Positions 47,278-56,795 of a DNA stretch of 64,000 bases are shown piece by piece. Below the pieces are notes generated by a model. It searched no databases, had not been told where the DNA came from, and was given only the letters and a program-made list of their open reading frames with translations. The stretch is taken from positions 26,339 through 90,338 of IMG/VR virus record IMGVR_UViG_3300028908_000006, one strand, 5' to 3'. The DNA is from a virus. Both the position numbers and the translations under genes were made by a program. Each line of letters opens with the position of its first letter. Position 1 is the first letter of the stretch.

Positions 47278-48375
47278 ATGCTTGGAATCATTTTTACCGT
47301 TTTCATGTTGTTTGCTATGCCAGCATTTGCTGGTGGGGTGTTCATTGGACATGACAGCTCAAATGAAACACTCGTTTTGAGCAACGATTACCATGCAGTT
47401 CCAATTTTCATCCTCCAGGATGACTCTCAAGTTGGCAAGCCGGTTGAGGTGTCAATAGCCCGTCATCTCAACGGATGCTCGAATAGCGATGTTGTTCAGT
47501 ATTTAACCTACAATGGGCGGGAGTTTGTGTGGGTTGACACGATGGTGAGCATTGAGACTGTCTTTGATGTCAAGTGGTTTAATCTCATGTGGGATAGTGA
47601 AATTTGGACAGACTTCAAGGGAAGCAACAATGATGTGTGCCTTGAATACGACCTCACCATTTGCCTAAAGTATTCAATTTTCGACAATGTCTGTGGGAGC
47701 AGGCATATAAAGGTGATGAAAGACGGGTGTGGTGATGCGTTGATGGAGCCGGTTATATCTGCTCTTACATTTGAGACAGTAGGGAAAACAATCAAATATA
47801 TGCCAAAGACAACTTGTGGAGATGTTCTACATAATTGTATTATAGACAGTAAGCCGCCGTTCGTTTCTGGCATTGATTACAATGATGATACAATCACACT
47901 AAGATTCAAGCCCATGTTTGCTGGAAGTGTTTCCGATACTGTATCCTTGGTCTGTGACGAGGGAGTATTTGACCTCAAGTTAAGCTATACAGCAATCAGA
48001 TTCCCAGGATATATAGAAAAACATCTTGCAGAATGGGAACTGTGGAATGGGCCGTTTCTCGCTGGTATAGCTTATAAGATTCCAATAGATGTCAACACGG
48101 CGAAGAACATTGTCGTGGATGTTCAGGTGGCGTCAGCTTACAGCATAAGTAACCTCAGAATCGCTCTATGCCCATGTGGGAATGAGATAGATACAAGAGA
48201 ACTGTTCTTCGCCACAACAGGCTGGTATGGTTCATGCTATTGTGACACGTCAAGAAGTCTTACGCGTCAGATAAGGAGGTTACTTTCACCTGGATGTTGG
48301 TCACTCCTTATTTTCAACGCTAACCCTGAAGTAACGTATAACGCACCATCATCTGTTGTGTGGAGATTCAAATAG
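47278..48375 (+). CDS. secreted Cys-rich beta-domain protein
   Basis: GGAGGT RBS; MLGIIFTVFMLFAMPAFA signal peptide. Confidence 0.7.
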   Translation: MLGIIFTVFMLFAMPAFAGGVFIGHDSSNETLVLSNDYHAVPIFILQDDSQVGKPVEVSIARHLNGCSNSDVVQYLTYNGREFVWVDTMVSIETVFDVKWFNLMWDSEIWTDFKGSNNDVCLEYDLTICLKYSIFDNVCGSRHIKVMKDGCGDALMEPVISALTFETVGKTIKYMPKTTCGDVLHNCIIDSKPPFVSGIDYNDDTITLRFKPMFAGSVSDTVSLVCDEGVFDLKLSYTAIRFPGYIEKHLAEWELWNGPFLAGIAYKIPIDVNTAKNIVVDVQVASAYSISNLRIALCPCGNEIDTRELFFATTGWYGSCYCDTSRSLTRQIRRLLSPGCWSLLIFNANPEVTYNAPSSVVWRFK

Positions 48376-48379
48376 GTAG

Positions 48380-48916
48380 ATGTTTACAAGTGAATTAAAG
48401 GCAGAACCCATAGATAAAAACTATTACAGAATAATAGATGGGTTCTGCCTAAATTTTTATATCAACCGTGACTTCTTCAAATACCACGCCAATAAATGGT
48501 GTGTCATTACTGTCTATCCAGGGGCGGTAACAGACTTCGCGTCCGTCCCCAAGTTTCTAAGGCATTGGTTCCCAAACAAAGGCAAGAAAGTGGCTCATGC
48601 GGCTGTGGTTCATGACCTGCTTTATCAATTCCAGCTATTTCCACGGATTACATGTGACCGAATCTTTCTATATGGGCTCGCTGTTCTTGGGATGAAGAAG
48701 TGGCGCAGGGAATTGATGTATCTCGGAGTAAGGGCTGGTGGCTGGAAGCCATATACTAGATATAGAAGGCGACATGAACAAGGGTGTGCTCCGCTTAACT
48801 ACTATACGATAGCTGACCAACCGGTAGAGGTAACATTCTTTGATTCTTTTCTTGAAAGCATGACATACACTTATGAAACAGAGAAAATAATAAGCCGTAA
48901 GGAGGACAACAAATGA
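48380..48916 (+). CDS. DUF1353 protein
   Basis: VTDFASVP, AAVVHDLLY, YLGVRAGG. Confidence 0.85.
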   Translation: MFTSELKAEPIDKNYYRIIDGFCLNFYINRDFFKYHANKWCVITVYPGAVTDFASVPKFLRHWFPNKGKKVAHAAVVHDLLYQFQLFPRITCDRIFLYGLAVLGMKKWRRELMYLGVRAGGWKPYTRYRRRHEQGCAPLNYYTIADQPVEVTFFDSFLESMTYTYETEKIISRKEDNK

Positions 48917-49125
48917 AACCTGGCTACAAAACAACCGAGTTCTGGGTAACACTTTTGATTCAGATCCTTGGGATCTTGGTATTGTTTGGGGTTATCACTC
49001 CAGAGCAGAAAGGGACCCTCTCTGAGGCCATCCAGCAGGGAGCAGCTGCGGTGGCTATGGCACTTTCTGCTTTTGGTTACTCTGTGGCTCGTGGACAGGC
49101 CAAGAAAGAATCCAAGAAGGAGTAA
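48913..49125 (+). CDS. holin-like membrane protein
   Basis: KPGYKTTEFW, two hydrophobic helices, charged tail. Confidence 0.7.
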   Translation: MKPGYKTTEFWVTLLIQILGILVLFGVITPEQKGTLSEAIQQGAAAVAMALSAFGYSVARGQAKKESKKE

Positions 49126-49131
49126 GAGAAA

Positions 49132-49539
49132 ATGAAGGGGCGGGCTCTCATTATACCTTTTTTGTTCATTGTAACCTTCTTCATCCATGCCTGTGGAATG
49201 TACCAAAATCCAAATGTCCACAACCTGAGAGATCAGGCAAAGCTTGAACTCAAGGTACTATTTGATTGGTATATGGCCGCATATAGAAGCACGAGTGAGT
49301 TCCTGAACAATCCTTATGTCAAGGAAAGCGCAAAGGAAAAGGTAAGACGTGAAATATCTCCAAAGATAAATGCTCTTAAGTATCAGCTGATCGAACTTTT
49401 CGATTTGCTGGACAATTCAGCAATTCCAGATACTGAATTATACAGGCAGGTAAAACTCCTTGAGGAGAATTTTAAGATTCTTATGACCCAAATGAAGGAA
49501 TTAGGGGTGGTCATCAATGAGCACGGAGAGGAAAAATAA
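49132..49539 (+). CDS. lipoprotein, possibly spanin-related
   Basis: Lipobox-like IHAC after hydrophobic stretch. Confidence 0.55.
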   Translation: MKGRALIIPFLFIVTFFIHACGMYQNPNVHNLRDQAKLELKVLFDWYMAAYRSTSEFLNNPYVKESAKEKVRREISPKINALKYQLIELFDLLDNSAIPDTELYRQVKLLEENFKILMTQMKELGVVINEHGEEK

Positions 49540-49729
49540 CTTTGCTACCAAAGTTGATGAGGCTAGTATGGGGATAATCACGATTCTCCAGGCACTAAAC
49601 AGTATCTTGATGTTGCTTGGAGAGATGACAAAAGCAATTGAATTCCTGAAGAATGGTGATCCGGATAAGGTGGATGTAAGTAAAATGAAGAAGATGCTCC
49701 TGGAGCTTCCTGACCTTCCTGAAAAGTGA
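49517..49729 (+). CDS. hypothetical protein
   Basis: Coupled ORF. Confidence 0.6.
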   Translation: MSTERKNNFATKVDEASMGIITILQALNSILMLLGEMTKAIEFLKNGDPDKVDVSKMKKMLLELPDLPEK

Positions 49730-49932
49730 TGAGAGGGATGGAAATGAGATGTTGTAAATGTGACGGTGAGACGAACAGAATGATCCATCATGAAGTAAGA
49801 AATGCCGTTCTGTCAATCAAGGCGATGGTTATCCTTCTTGGGAAGCGTGATAAATCACCTGATACAGCTCTTGCTCTTCACAACATAGAAGAACAATGCA
49901 AGCGCATCATGAGAGCGCTTGATAGGATTTGA
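49726..49932 (+). CDS. hypothetical protein with HisKA-like motif
   Basis: HEVRNAVLSIK. Confidence 0.5.
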   Translation: MMRGMEMRCCKCDGETNRMIHHEVRNAVLSIKAMVILLGKRDKSPDTALALHNIEEQCKRIMRALDRI

Positions 49933-49941
49933 GCGCCCGTC

Positions 49942-50403
49942 ATGGCTAGAGCTCCCATAGGCCCGCGGTATAAAGACGACGGGCGCTTTCTAGAATTTGG
50001 CCTCAGAGAAATAAAAAAGATCGTAAACACCTACCGTAGAAAACTGACCCACCTCTTTGATAAAGATGATATGGCTCAGGAGCTGGCTATTGTTCTTCTA
50101 CGAGTTATCTCACGTATAGACGAGTCGAAAAATCCTGAGGCTTATATCAAGGCCAGGCTATGGGGTTGTGCTAAAGATCTAATGCGATTGAAGATCAAGC
50201 CAAGATATTATCTCCTGGAATGCGAGCTTGAATGGCCAATAGACAGTTCTGTTGAGGATTATAACTATTATGAAGCAGTAGAACTTCAAGATCTTTTTGA
50301 ACATTATACAAAACGCGCAAGAACGTTTTCAATACATGACTTTATGCACGGTAACATCGGAACATATTGGAGAAAACAATTAAAGAGGGAGTTAATGAGA
50401 TGA
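49942..50403 (+). CDS. sigma-factor-like protein (region 2)
   Basis: DKDDMAQEL..L....D.SKNPEAYIKARL.G...D. Confidence 0.6.
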   Translation: MARAPIGPRYKDDGRFLEFGLREIKKIVNTYRRKLTHLFDKDDMAQELAIVLLRVISRIDESKNPEAYIKARLWGCAKDLMRLKIKPRYYLLECELEWPIDSSVEDYNYYEAVELQDLFEHYTKRARTFSIHDFMHGNIGTYWRKQLKRELMR

Positions 50404-50939
50404 AAGTAGTATTAGCTGTCGGCCATTGGAAAGATGCTCCAGGGGCTGTAAATAAGACCACCGGCCTTACAGAGTTTTACTTCAACTCTGTTGTAGCCAG
50501 CGGCGTTAAGCTATTGGCTACAAGGCTTGGTTATGATGTTGAGATATTCTATCGAGTGAACAACGATCTACATGATCTTGTAAGGCGAATAAATGAATTC
50601 AGGCCTGATTTAGCTATTGAGCTACATTGTAATTCATGCCGTGGGAATGCGAGTGGGAGTGAAGTCCTATTCTGGCATAGCAACAGAAGGATGGAAATCA
50701 TAGCAGAGGAAATGGCAGATCAATTTGCTCTTGCAATCTGTATCCCATCAAGGGGAGCCAAACCTGTTAAAAAAGGCGATCGCGGATGGCTCTTCCTTGG
50801 TAAGACAAAATGCCATGCTCTTCTATGTGAGCCTTTCTTTATCTCCAATGATAAAGACTTGAAACAGGCCATGATAAATATGGGTAAGCTAGTAACTGTG
50901 TATGTTAACACAATAAAGAGATTGGAGGAAACTCTATGA
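50400..50939 (+). CDS. N-acetylmuramoyl-L-alanine amidase (Amidase_3) endolysin
   Basis: LAVGH, TEFYFN, IELHCNS, LCEPFFISN. Confidence 0.92.
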   Translation: MKVVLAVGHWKDAPGAVNKTTGLTEFYFNSVVASGVKLLATRLGYDVEIFYRVNNDLHDLVRRINEFRPDLAIELHCNSCRGNASGSEVLFWHSNRRMEIIAEEMADQFALAICIPSRGAKPVKKGDRGWLFLGKTKCHALLCEPFFISNDKDLKQAMINMGKLVTVYVNTIKRLEETL

Positions 50940-51295
50940 ATATAGACTTAAGATGTGTTGATAGCACATATTCGCTATCAGGAACAATCGCCACTCTTAG
51001 CATAAGATTCCAACTCATAGACCTGGATCAGGTAGATGAAAATGGTGATCCGAAAGTCTTAGATGAAAAGGTAATAAGCGTAAAACAGAATATCCTTGAT
51101 AGTGAGGCAAAAAATAATCTTAAAAAGAAGATTCTTGATGAAGTTGAGGATTATCTAATAAAAGCCAAGGAAAATATATACGCTCTGTATGCTATATTTG
51201 GGACAATAGACCCAAATGAAGTCTTAGGTTTATTGAAAAGTGAAATTGAGACAGATGTAAAGGCCTTAGTAGCGGCTGTATTTGGAGGTGTATAA
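50936..51295 (+). CDS. hypothetical structural protein
   Basis: Coupled ORF. Confidence 0.6.
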   Translation: MNIDLRCVDSTYSLSGTIATLSIRFQLIDLDQVDENGDPKVLDEKVISVKQNILDSEAKNNLKKKILDEVEDYLIKAKENIYALYAIFGTIDPNEVLGLLKSEIETDVKALVAAVFGGV

Positions 51296-51657
51296 TGGCA
51301 GGCTTAGTTGCCCAAACACCAACCGATGTAACACTTGAGACCACAAGTGTATCTGCCGGTGCTGATGTTAAGCTGGCAGATATTACAGTTGATAACGCTG
51401 TCTGTGCTGATCTGATCGTGAGTGCTTCAACCAATTCTTCTTCTACAGATGGATTGGAAATTTATCTCGTGAAAAAGGTTGATACTGTGGTAGCTGATAA
51501 TAGGTATCTTACACTTGAAGTTGAAAAGGCTGGCGAAAGCAAAGATTTATGTTTCCCGCTTGAAGCGGGAAGCTATGAGTTACGAGCCAAGAACAATGAT
51601 GCTTCTTATGCCGCCACGGTAAGTGCGGCCAAACTAAAGACTTACATCTGGCAGTGA
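51295..51657 (+). CDS. hypothetical structural protein
   Basis: GGAGGTG RBS; beta-rich. Confidence 0.65.
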   Translation: MAGLVAQTPTDVTLETTSVSAGADVKLADITVDNAVCADLIVSASTNSSSTDGLEIYLVKKVDTVVADNRYLTLEVEKAGESKDLCFPLEAGSYELRAKNNDASYAATVSAAKLKTYIWQ

Positions 51658-51660
51658 TTT

Positions 51661-53445
51661 ATGCGCATCTGGCGAAAGTGGAGGGATCCTAGACAGAAAC
51701 CGCCCTTCGGTGCCCAAATTGACTGGAGCGACCCGATTACGGAAGGATTGTATGCTTGTTTTCTACTCAATGAGAACGTTGGTTCAAAGACTTTCGATAA
51801 GAGCAAATACGAACGAATTGGGGAAATTAGCGATGGCGGTAAGTGGCAAGCAGGCGGTGTATATCTTGGCTATTCCTCAGCTAATTATCCGTGCATTGTT
51901 TCAGAACCAATAGATCTCCTTTCTAAGGAGAGGTTTAGTATTGTCTCACGATTTACTTGTAACGCTTCTGGAGGTAATAACAGGTATTTACTAAGACTTA
52001 GCTCGTCAAGAGACGGGACAGATGTGCGGATATACTGGGTCGAATATAACCCATATCTTCATGTCATCGTTAGAGTCGATTACATCAGCGTAAGTTTTGA
52101 TGGGCAGAAAACTATAAACGATGGTAAAGTCCACGATGGAATCTTAGTAAGAAAAGGTGACCCAGGTGTTTACCTATATATTGACGGCGAACTTGATAAC
52201 TATGACGATAGTACTTCTATTGGCACTAAATATACTGATAGAAATGCCTATCTTGGTGGTGATTCAGGCCCTGGAGATGTGAACAATTGGCTAGGAACAC
52301 TATTTCACTTTTATTTTTTTGAGCGTGCTCTTACAGATTCCGAAATAGAACGCCTTCACTACGAACCATACTCCTTCTTTCTCGCACCCTTCCCCTGGTT
52401 CATGGTGGATCTGGGTGAAGAACCATCTTTGAAATACCTCACCGTTGATTTACTTTGGAATAATTTTACAGACGCTCAACTAGAAGCTCTTTACCGTATA
52501 AAAACAGAAACAAAGGCTGATGTTTCCTGGGCTGTCTTCAATTCCAGAGAAAAATCCATTGACTGGAAGGTTTTTACTGAAGACGGACGGGAAGTAGTAT
52601 TCAAGATCCTGGATGAAAAAGATATTGATTTCAGATACAAGATCCTTGCTTCCAAAGAAGAAGGATTGGTCTATAAGATCTTCACTTCTGATAAGAGAAC
52701 CTTCCCATATCTGGTAAAGACAGAAAAAGACTACTCCCTACCATGGAAGGTATTTGCTTCTAGTGCCCTTAAAGGGCTTTGGAATGTTTTTAATGAAAAA
52801 GGGGTTGAACTTGAATGGGCTATCCTTAGTGAAGGAGAGCTGGCTGTTACTCTCGAATGGGCGGTCTTCAATGAAGCTGGCCAAAAATACCAATACAGGA
52901 TAAAAGCAGGAGAAGAACTAGAAAGTCTATATGCTATTTATACAGACAGAGAAATAGATTTTGCCTATCGTGTCTTGACAGAACAAGAAAGAAACCTTCC
53001 GTGGAAGATAAAAAGCACCAAAGATGTTGATACCATCTGGAATGTGTTCACAGAAGGAGATCTTACCACCAAGTGGTTAATATACAAGGAAGACGATCTT
53101 TCTGCTATCTGGAGAGTTCTTTCTGAAGGTGGATTATCAGTCACTCTATCATGGAGAGTTTTTGAAGAGGCTGGTCTTTCTGCTATTTACAGAATTCTTA
53201 GAAGTAATGAGCTTGATAGTGGCTGGAAGGTATTCATCGTAGATGATGTTGAGTGTATCTGGAATATTCTAGAAGAGAAAGGACTGTCTGGTGAGTGGAA
53301 AATATTCTCTTCAAACGATGTTGATTTTTATTGGAAAGTAATAACGAGCGACATACCAAAACCTTTGTTCGTTTTCAAAGATCGTCCCTGCAAATTCATT
53401 ACCAACTCAAGGCTTAAGCTAATAATTCTATCTAAAAGAGATTAA
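51661..53445 (+). CDS. LamG/concanavalin-like domain plus 12-aa repeat shaft, fibre-like protein
   Basis: YLYIDGEL, FERALTDSEIERL LamG motifs; repeated W/Y-x-V/I-F/L every 12 aa. Confidence 0.8.
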   Translation: MRIWRKWRDPRQKPPFGAQIDWSDPITEGLYACFLLNENVGSKTFDKSKYERIGEISDGGKWQAGGVYLGYSSANYPCIVSEPIDLLSKERFSIVSRFTCNASGGNNRYLLRLSSSRDGTDVRIYWVEYNPYLHVIVRVDYISVSFDGQKTINDGKVHDGILVRKGDPGVYLYIDGELDNYDDSTSIGTKYTDRNAYLGGDSGPGDVNNWLGTLFHFYFFERALTDSEIERLHYEPYSFFLAPFPWFMVDLGEEPSLKYLTVDLLWNNFTDAQLEALYRIKTETKADVSWAVFNSREKSIDWKVFTEDGREVVFKILDEKDIDFRYKILASKEEGLVYKIFTSDKRTFPYLVKTEKDYSLPWKVFASSALKGLWNVFNEKGVELEWAILSEGELAVTLEWAVFNEAGQKYQYRIKAGEELESLYAIYTDREIDFAYRVLTEQERNLPWKIKSTKDVDTIWNVFTEGDLTTKWLIYKEDDLSAIWRVLSEGGLSVTLSWRVFEEAGLSAIYRILRSNELDSGWKVFIVDDVECIWNILEEKGLSGEWKIFSSNDVDFYWKVITSDIPKPLFVFKDRPCKFITNSRLKLIILSKRD

Positions 53446-53459
53446 AAGGAGGATCATAT

Positions 53460-53954
53460 ATGCCTGCCACAATGGAATTCAGATATACAGGCGGAAGCAC
53501 AAACACCGACCCCAATGCCTCTCTTGGTGGTGTTATGAGTTCTACCGTCATTCCTGACGCCACCATGAACAACCTGTTTGATGACGTTAGTGCGGATGAG
53601 GCTACAAACGGTGTTACTGATTACAGGGCGATAGATATATACAATGCCGGTGATGCAACCGGAACCGCTGTAAAAATCTGGGTAGATCAGCAGCCTGCCA
53701 GCGGGATACAGATAGAGATTGGATACGATGATACAAACTCTCCTCATACAGCTGATGCATCTCTTCCAAGTATAGCAAGTGAGACAGAGGCCCCGACAGG
53801 GATTACGTTTTCTGCCCCAGATGCTGGAAACAAACTGTCTCTTGAAGATTGCCCGGCAGGGCAGGCCCTGCGTATATGGGTCAAGAGGACAGTCCCAGCT
53901 GGGACAGGAAATACGGCCTCTGATTCCACACGGATAAAGATAGAATACGCTTAA
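53460..53954 (+). CDS. structural protein
   Basis: NNLFDDVS..YRAIDIYN..IWVKRTVPAG pattern. Confidence 0.65.
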   Translation: MPATMEFRYTGGSTNTDPNASLGGVMSSTVIPDATMNNLFDDVSADEATNGVTDYRAIDIYNAGDATGTAVKIWVDQQPASGIQIEIGYDDTNSPHTADASLPSIASETEAPTGITFSAPDAGNKLSLEDCPAGQALRIWVKRTVPAGTGNTASDSTRIKIEYA

Positions 53955-54002
53955 TAACATCGCCCCTGGGTGGTCCCCAGGGGCTGTATCTGGAGGTGAC
54001 AC

Positions 54003-54320
54003 GTGCCGTTCATTGAAGTTGATGCTGATACTATCTGTAAACACCCTGATGAGACGTTCTATATAGGCTTTGATTTTGGGGATGATCTTGGTTCTTCAGA
54101 GTTCATAGACCAGACAAAGACGGAGATCAAGACATATCGTATAGCTGATATGACTGAGGTTACTGGTATAGTTAATCCTGATGAAATATATTATGACGGA
54201 GATATTGTTATTTTCAGGATACAGGGCGGGGAGCAGGGAAAGCAGTATTTCATTGAAGTGAAGGTTACCACCAATGAGGGAAACGTTTTTGTGAGTAAGA
54301 GGAGACTCAAAGTTATATGA
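54003..54320 (+). CDS. fibre-adaptor-like protein
   Basis: KHPDE..GFDF..GGEQGKQY..VTT pattern. Confidence 0.6.
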   Translation: MPFIEVDADTICKHPDETFYIGFDFGDDLGSSEFIDQTKTEIKTYRIADMTEVTGIVNPDEIYYDGDIVIFRIQGGEQGKQYFIEVKVTTNEGNVFVSKRRLKVI

Positions 54321-54862
54321 TTAGCCCAGCATACATACCTAACTATGATGAACACGAACACAATGATTTGATAGGACAGTTTAATAGATGTGTAATATGG
54401 TATTATATGAAAGATTTACTTGATAATTTTGTTATCAAACTTATCGCCGCTTTTTTTGTAAATTCTTTTATTCTAATTCACGATAATTTCCCTCCAAAAA
54501 CATTTACAATAGTCACGGCCCTTGGTCTGATAGACCTTGTAGTTGGATTGATTAAAGCCATAAAGAACAGGGAATTGAGCTTGAAGAAGAGCAGTCGTGG
54601 TGTTATCAAGGTGGGGTTGTATGTAGTCCTGATAAGTGTCTCTGTGTTGGTAGAACACCACTTCTTCGGATGCACAAAGGAATACGGGCTCACATATTTT
54701 GTGAGTTCTTACATCATCGTAAACATAGCCATTTCCATCATGGAAAACTTGAGGGATTTAGGAGTTCCAGTTCCACAAAGCTGTCTCAGACTATTCAAGA
54801 AGGCCAGAAACAATATTGACAGTTGTGATAAGATTATCAAGTTTCCCGGTGATAAGAAATAG
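54317..54862 (+). CDS. phage holin (holin_4 family)
   Basis: IDLVVGLIKA, ISIMENLRDLGVPVP; TM helices; start may be at MKDLL. Confidence 0.85.
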   Translation: MISPAYIPNYDEHEHNDLIGQFNRCVIWYYMKDLLDNFVIKLIAAFFVNSFILIHDNFPPKTFTIVTALGLIDLVVGLIKAIKNRELSLKKSSRGVIKVGLYVVLISVSVLVEHHFFGCTKEYGLTYFVSSYIIVNIAISIMENLRDLGVPVPQSCLRLFKKARNNIDSCDKIIKFPGDKK

Positions 54863-54863
54863 C

Positions 54864-54989
54864 TCATCCACACCAGGGATTTCTGTTTGGGTCTTCTTCA
54901 GAGATTCCAAACTCCTTTAAGATCTCATCCAAATCCTTACTCCACCAAGGAGAAAACAGGCCTTCAGAAGTAATAGTGATTTCAATCAC
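54864..54989 (-). CDS. small protein coupled to DUF2997 gene
   Basis: GTG overlapping end of DUF2997; ..LFSPWW..NPWCG. Confidence 0.45.
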   Translation of the reverse strand: MIEITITSEGLFSPWWSKDLDEILKEFGISEEDPNRNPWCG

Positions 54990-55203
54990 CTGAGACAGAG
55001 ATTGTTTCCTGTTCTTGGTAGTATTCTGGCTTGTGTTCTTCATGAGTAGTTTCTCCGCCAAAAGCCGAAATAAATTCAAGAACTTCTTTTTCACAGACAG
55101 GGCCGATAAAACCGTCTGCTTCAACCTTTATGGAGCCGTCCTTGTTGATGGTTATAATTAGCTTTTCTGGCATTTTCATTACCCCAAATGTTCTTCTTCC
55201 CAT
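54982..55203 (-). CDS. DUF2997 protein
   Basis: ITINKDGSIKVEADGFIGPVC..KPEYY. Confidence 0.8.
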   Translation of the reverse strand: MGRRTFGVMKMPEKLIITINKDGSIKVEADGFIGPVCEKEVLEFISAFGGETTHEEHKPEYYQEQETISVSGD

Positions 55204-55386
55204 TCGTTTATTATTTTCTTAGCTACTTCTTCACTATCTAAAAGGTAATTAGTATATGCCCTCAAGATAACAAAAAGAGGCAATTTCCATAAGTGGGTTT
55301 CAAATTTTTCCAAAAATTCCACCCATGCCGGTCTCATTTTCATATCTCCTTAAATTCAAGTTTTACACACTCAGATAGATTATAAT

Positions 55387-56403
55387 TTAATCTTTTAGAA
55401 TATCCCATATCTCTCTCGGGAAGAGAGGAGCGCTACTATTCTTATCGCCTGAAACATGATTGTATTCAAAACCTTCTTGATGTAACTTGAATTTTTCAAA
55501 TATTTCCATCTCCTCTTCAGTTAATAGATGACTATTCTTTGATAACAGCTGGACAATTTTACGGTTGTTTGGAATGATTTTCGTATGAACATATCTAATC
55601 CAGGCTTTATATGCATCCGTTAACAAAAGATCCGAGTGTTCAGAGTGGGGGCCATACGTTTGAAAGATCTGTTCATTTTCCAATAAAATCTTGTGAATCT
55701 CATTTCTAAGGGCGCTACGATCTTTATAAACAGGAACTTCAGATAGATCTCTGTAAAAAGATACTTCTGACGGGTCTTTTTGGCATAGCTTTTCCCTAAG
55801 CTTAAGTTTTACATAATCCATAAAACCTTCGATGTTATCAGGATCGAAAGGGATTTTATTTACGATTTCCAGGAGAATAGTATTGTCTTCCAAACCATTA
55901 TGTTCTTTATTGTAGCTTCCCGTCTTATAGCCCTGCTCTTGCCGGAACTGGTTCAGGGCATTCTTGGCAAAATAGAGCTTGGCAAGGAGATGTAAGGAAA
56001 GTCCGATTGAACGAGCTATTCGTGCAAAATGGACAACAAGAAGGGCCGGATCAGGGATCAGGAAAAAACTTTCAATTTCACCCAAAGTATCTCTGGACGG
56101 CATCTGATTATCTTGAAATACAGAAGCAATGTCTTCTGCTGTTATCAGGTCTTCAATACACCAAGAAAGAAGGAAGTGCCAGATGTCCACAAGCTCAATA
56201 TAGGCGTTGTTCAGATCGGGCTCTTTGTCGGTGTTTGCCCACCACTTCCACGGGAAGCAGTCCATCAGTTCAGCCGCTTCCATCCAGATAGCTCTCCACC
56301 ATGGAAAATTCTTTTCTTTCCAATCAGGCCCTGCTATTTTGGTGTTTAGCCGCTCCTGATGCTCAATCATCTTTTCAACTATTTTAACTATATCATCAAA
56401 CAT
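55387..56403 (-). CDS. dut: dimeric all-alpha dUTPase with extra C-terminal domain
   Basis: EAAELMDCFPWKWW, ELVDIWHF, KNALNQFRQEQGYKTGSY, EDN. Confidence 0.88.
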   Translation of the reverse strand: MFDDIVKIVEKMIEHQERLNTKIAGPDWKEKNFPWWRAIWMEAAELMDCFPWKWWANTDKEPDLNNAYIELVDIWHFLLSWCIEDLITAEDIASVFQDNQMPSRDTLGEIESFFLIPDPALLVVHFARIARSIGLSLHLLAKLYFAKNALNQFRQEQGYKTGSYNKEHNGLEDNTILLEIVNKIPFDPDNIEGFMDYVKLKLREKLCQKDPSEVSFYRDLSEVPVYKDRSALRNEIHKILLENEQIFQTYGPHSEHSDLLLTDAYKAWIRYVHTKIIPNNRKIVQLLSKNSHLLTEEEMEIFEKFKLHQEGFEYNHVSGDKNSSAPLFPREIWDILKD

Positions 56404-56785
56404 TTGCCTTCACCCCCACTATTTGAATTGATCCATTTTCAAGCTCTTGGGTTTCAAAGGTGTAGCCCATCTCCATGAGCTTTACTTCGGCCACTTTCCT
56501 TTGATAAGCTACGGTAAGCTTTTGGGCGGCCTCCTTGATTCTCTTTCCTTCCATACCAAAGAAATCTCCAACAAGGATGTAACCATCATCAGTCTCCTTT
56601 TCCTTCCTGAGACCTATAGTCCAGGGAGTTCCAGGAATGCTGATAGTATAGTCTGCTTTCTGCTCGCCTGCCCAGTAAACAACCTGTCCACCTTCCTTAA
56701 GTTCGTAACCTAGCTCTTGGCAGGCTTCTTCAAGGAGATCCAAATGAAGAATCTTTATGTTTGAGACTTGGACTATGTGGCTCAT
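56396..56785 (-). CDS. DUF1257 protein
   Basis: MSHIVQV..LEEACQELGY..LVGDFFG..AY. Confidence 0.8.
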   Translation of the reverse strand: MSHIVQVSNIKILHLDLLEEACQELGYELKEGGQVVYWAGEQKADYTISIPGTPWTIGLRKEKETDDGYILVGDFFGMEGKRIKEAAQKLTVAYQRKVAEVKLMEMGYTFETQELENGSIQIVGVKANV

Positions 56786-56795
56786 AGCTATCTCC

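Noticed and set aside
49726-49932. Functional histidine kinase
   Set aside because: Only a 68-aa HisKA-like motif; no ATPase or receiver domain nearby.
43702-53445. Diversity-generating retroelement acting on fibre genes
   Set aside because: No reverse transcriptase and no TR/VR pair noticed.
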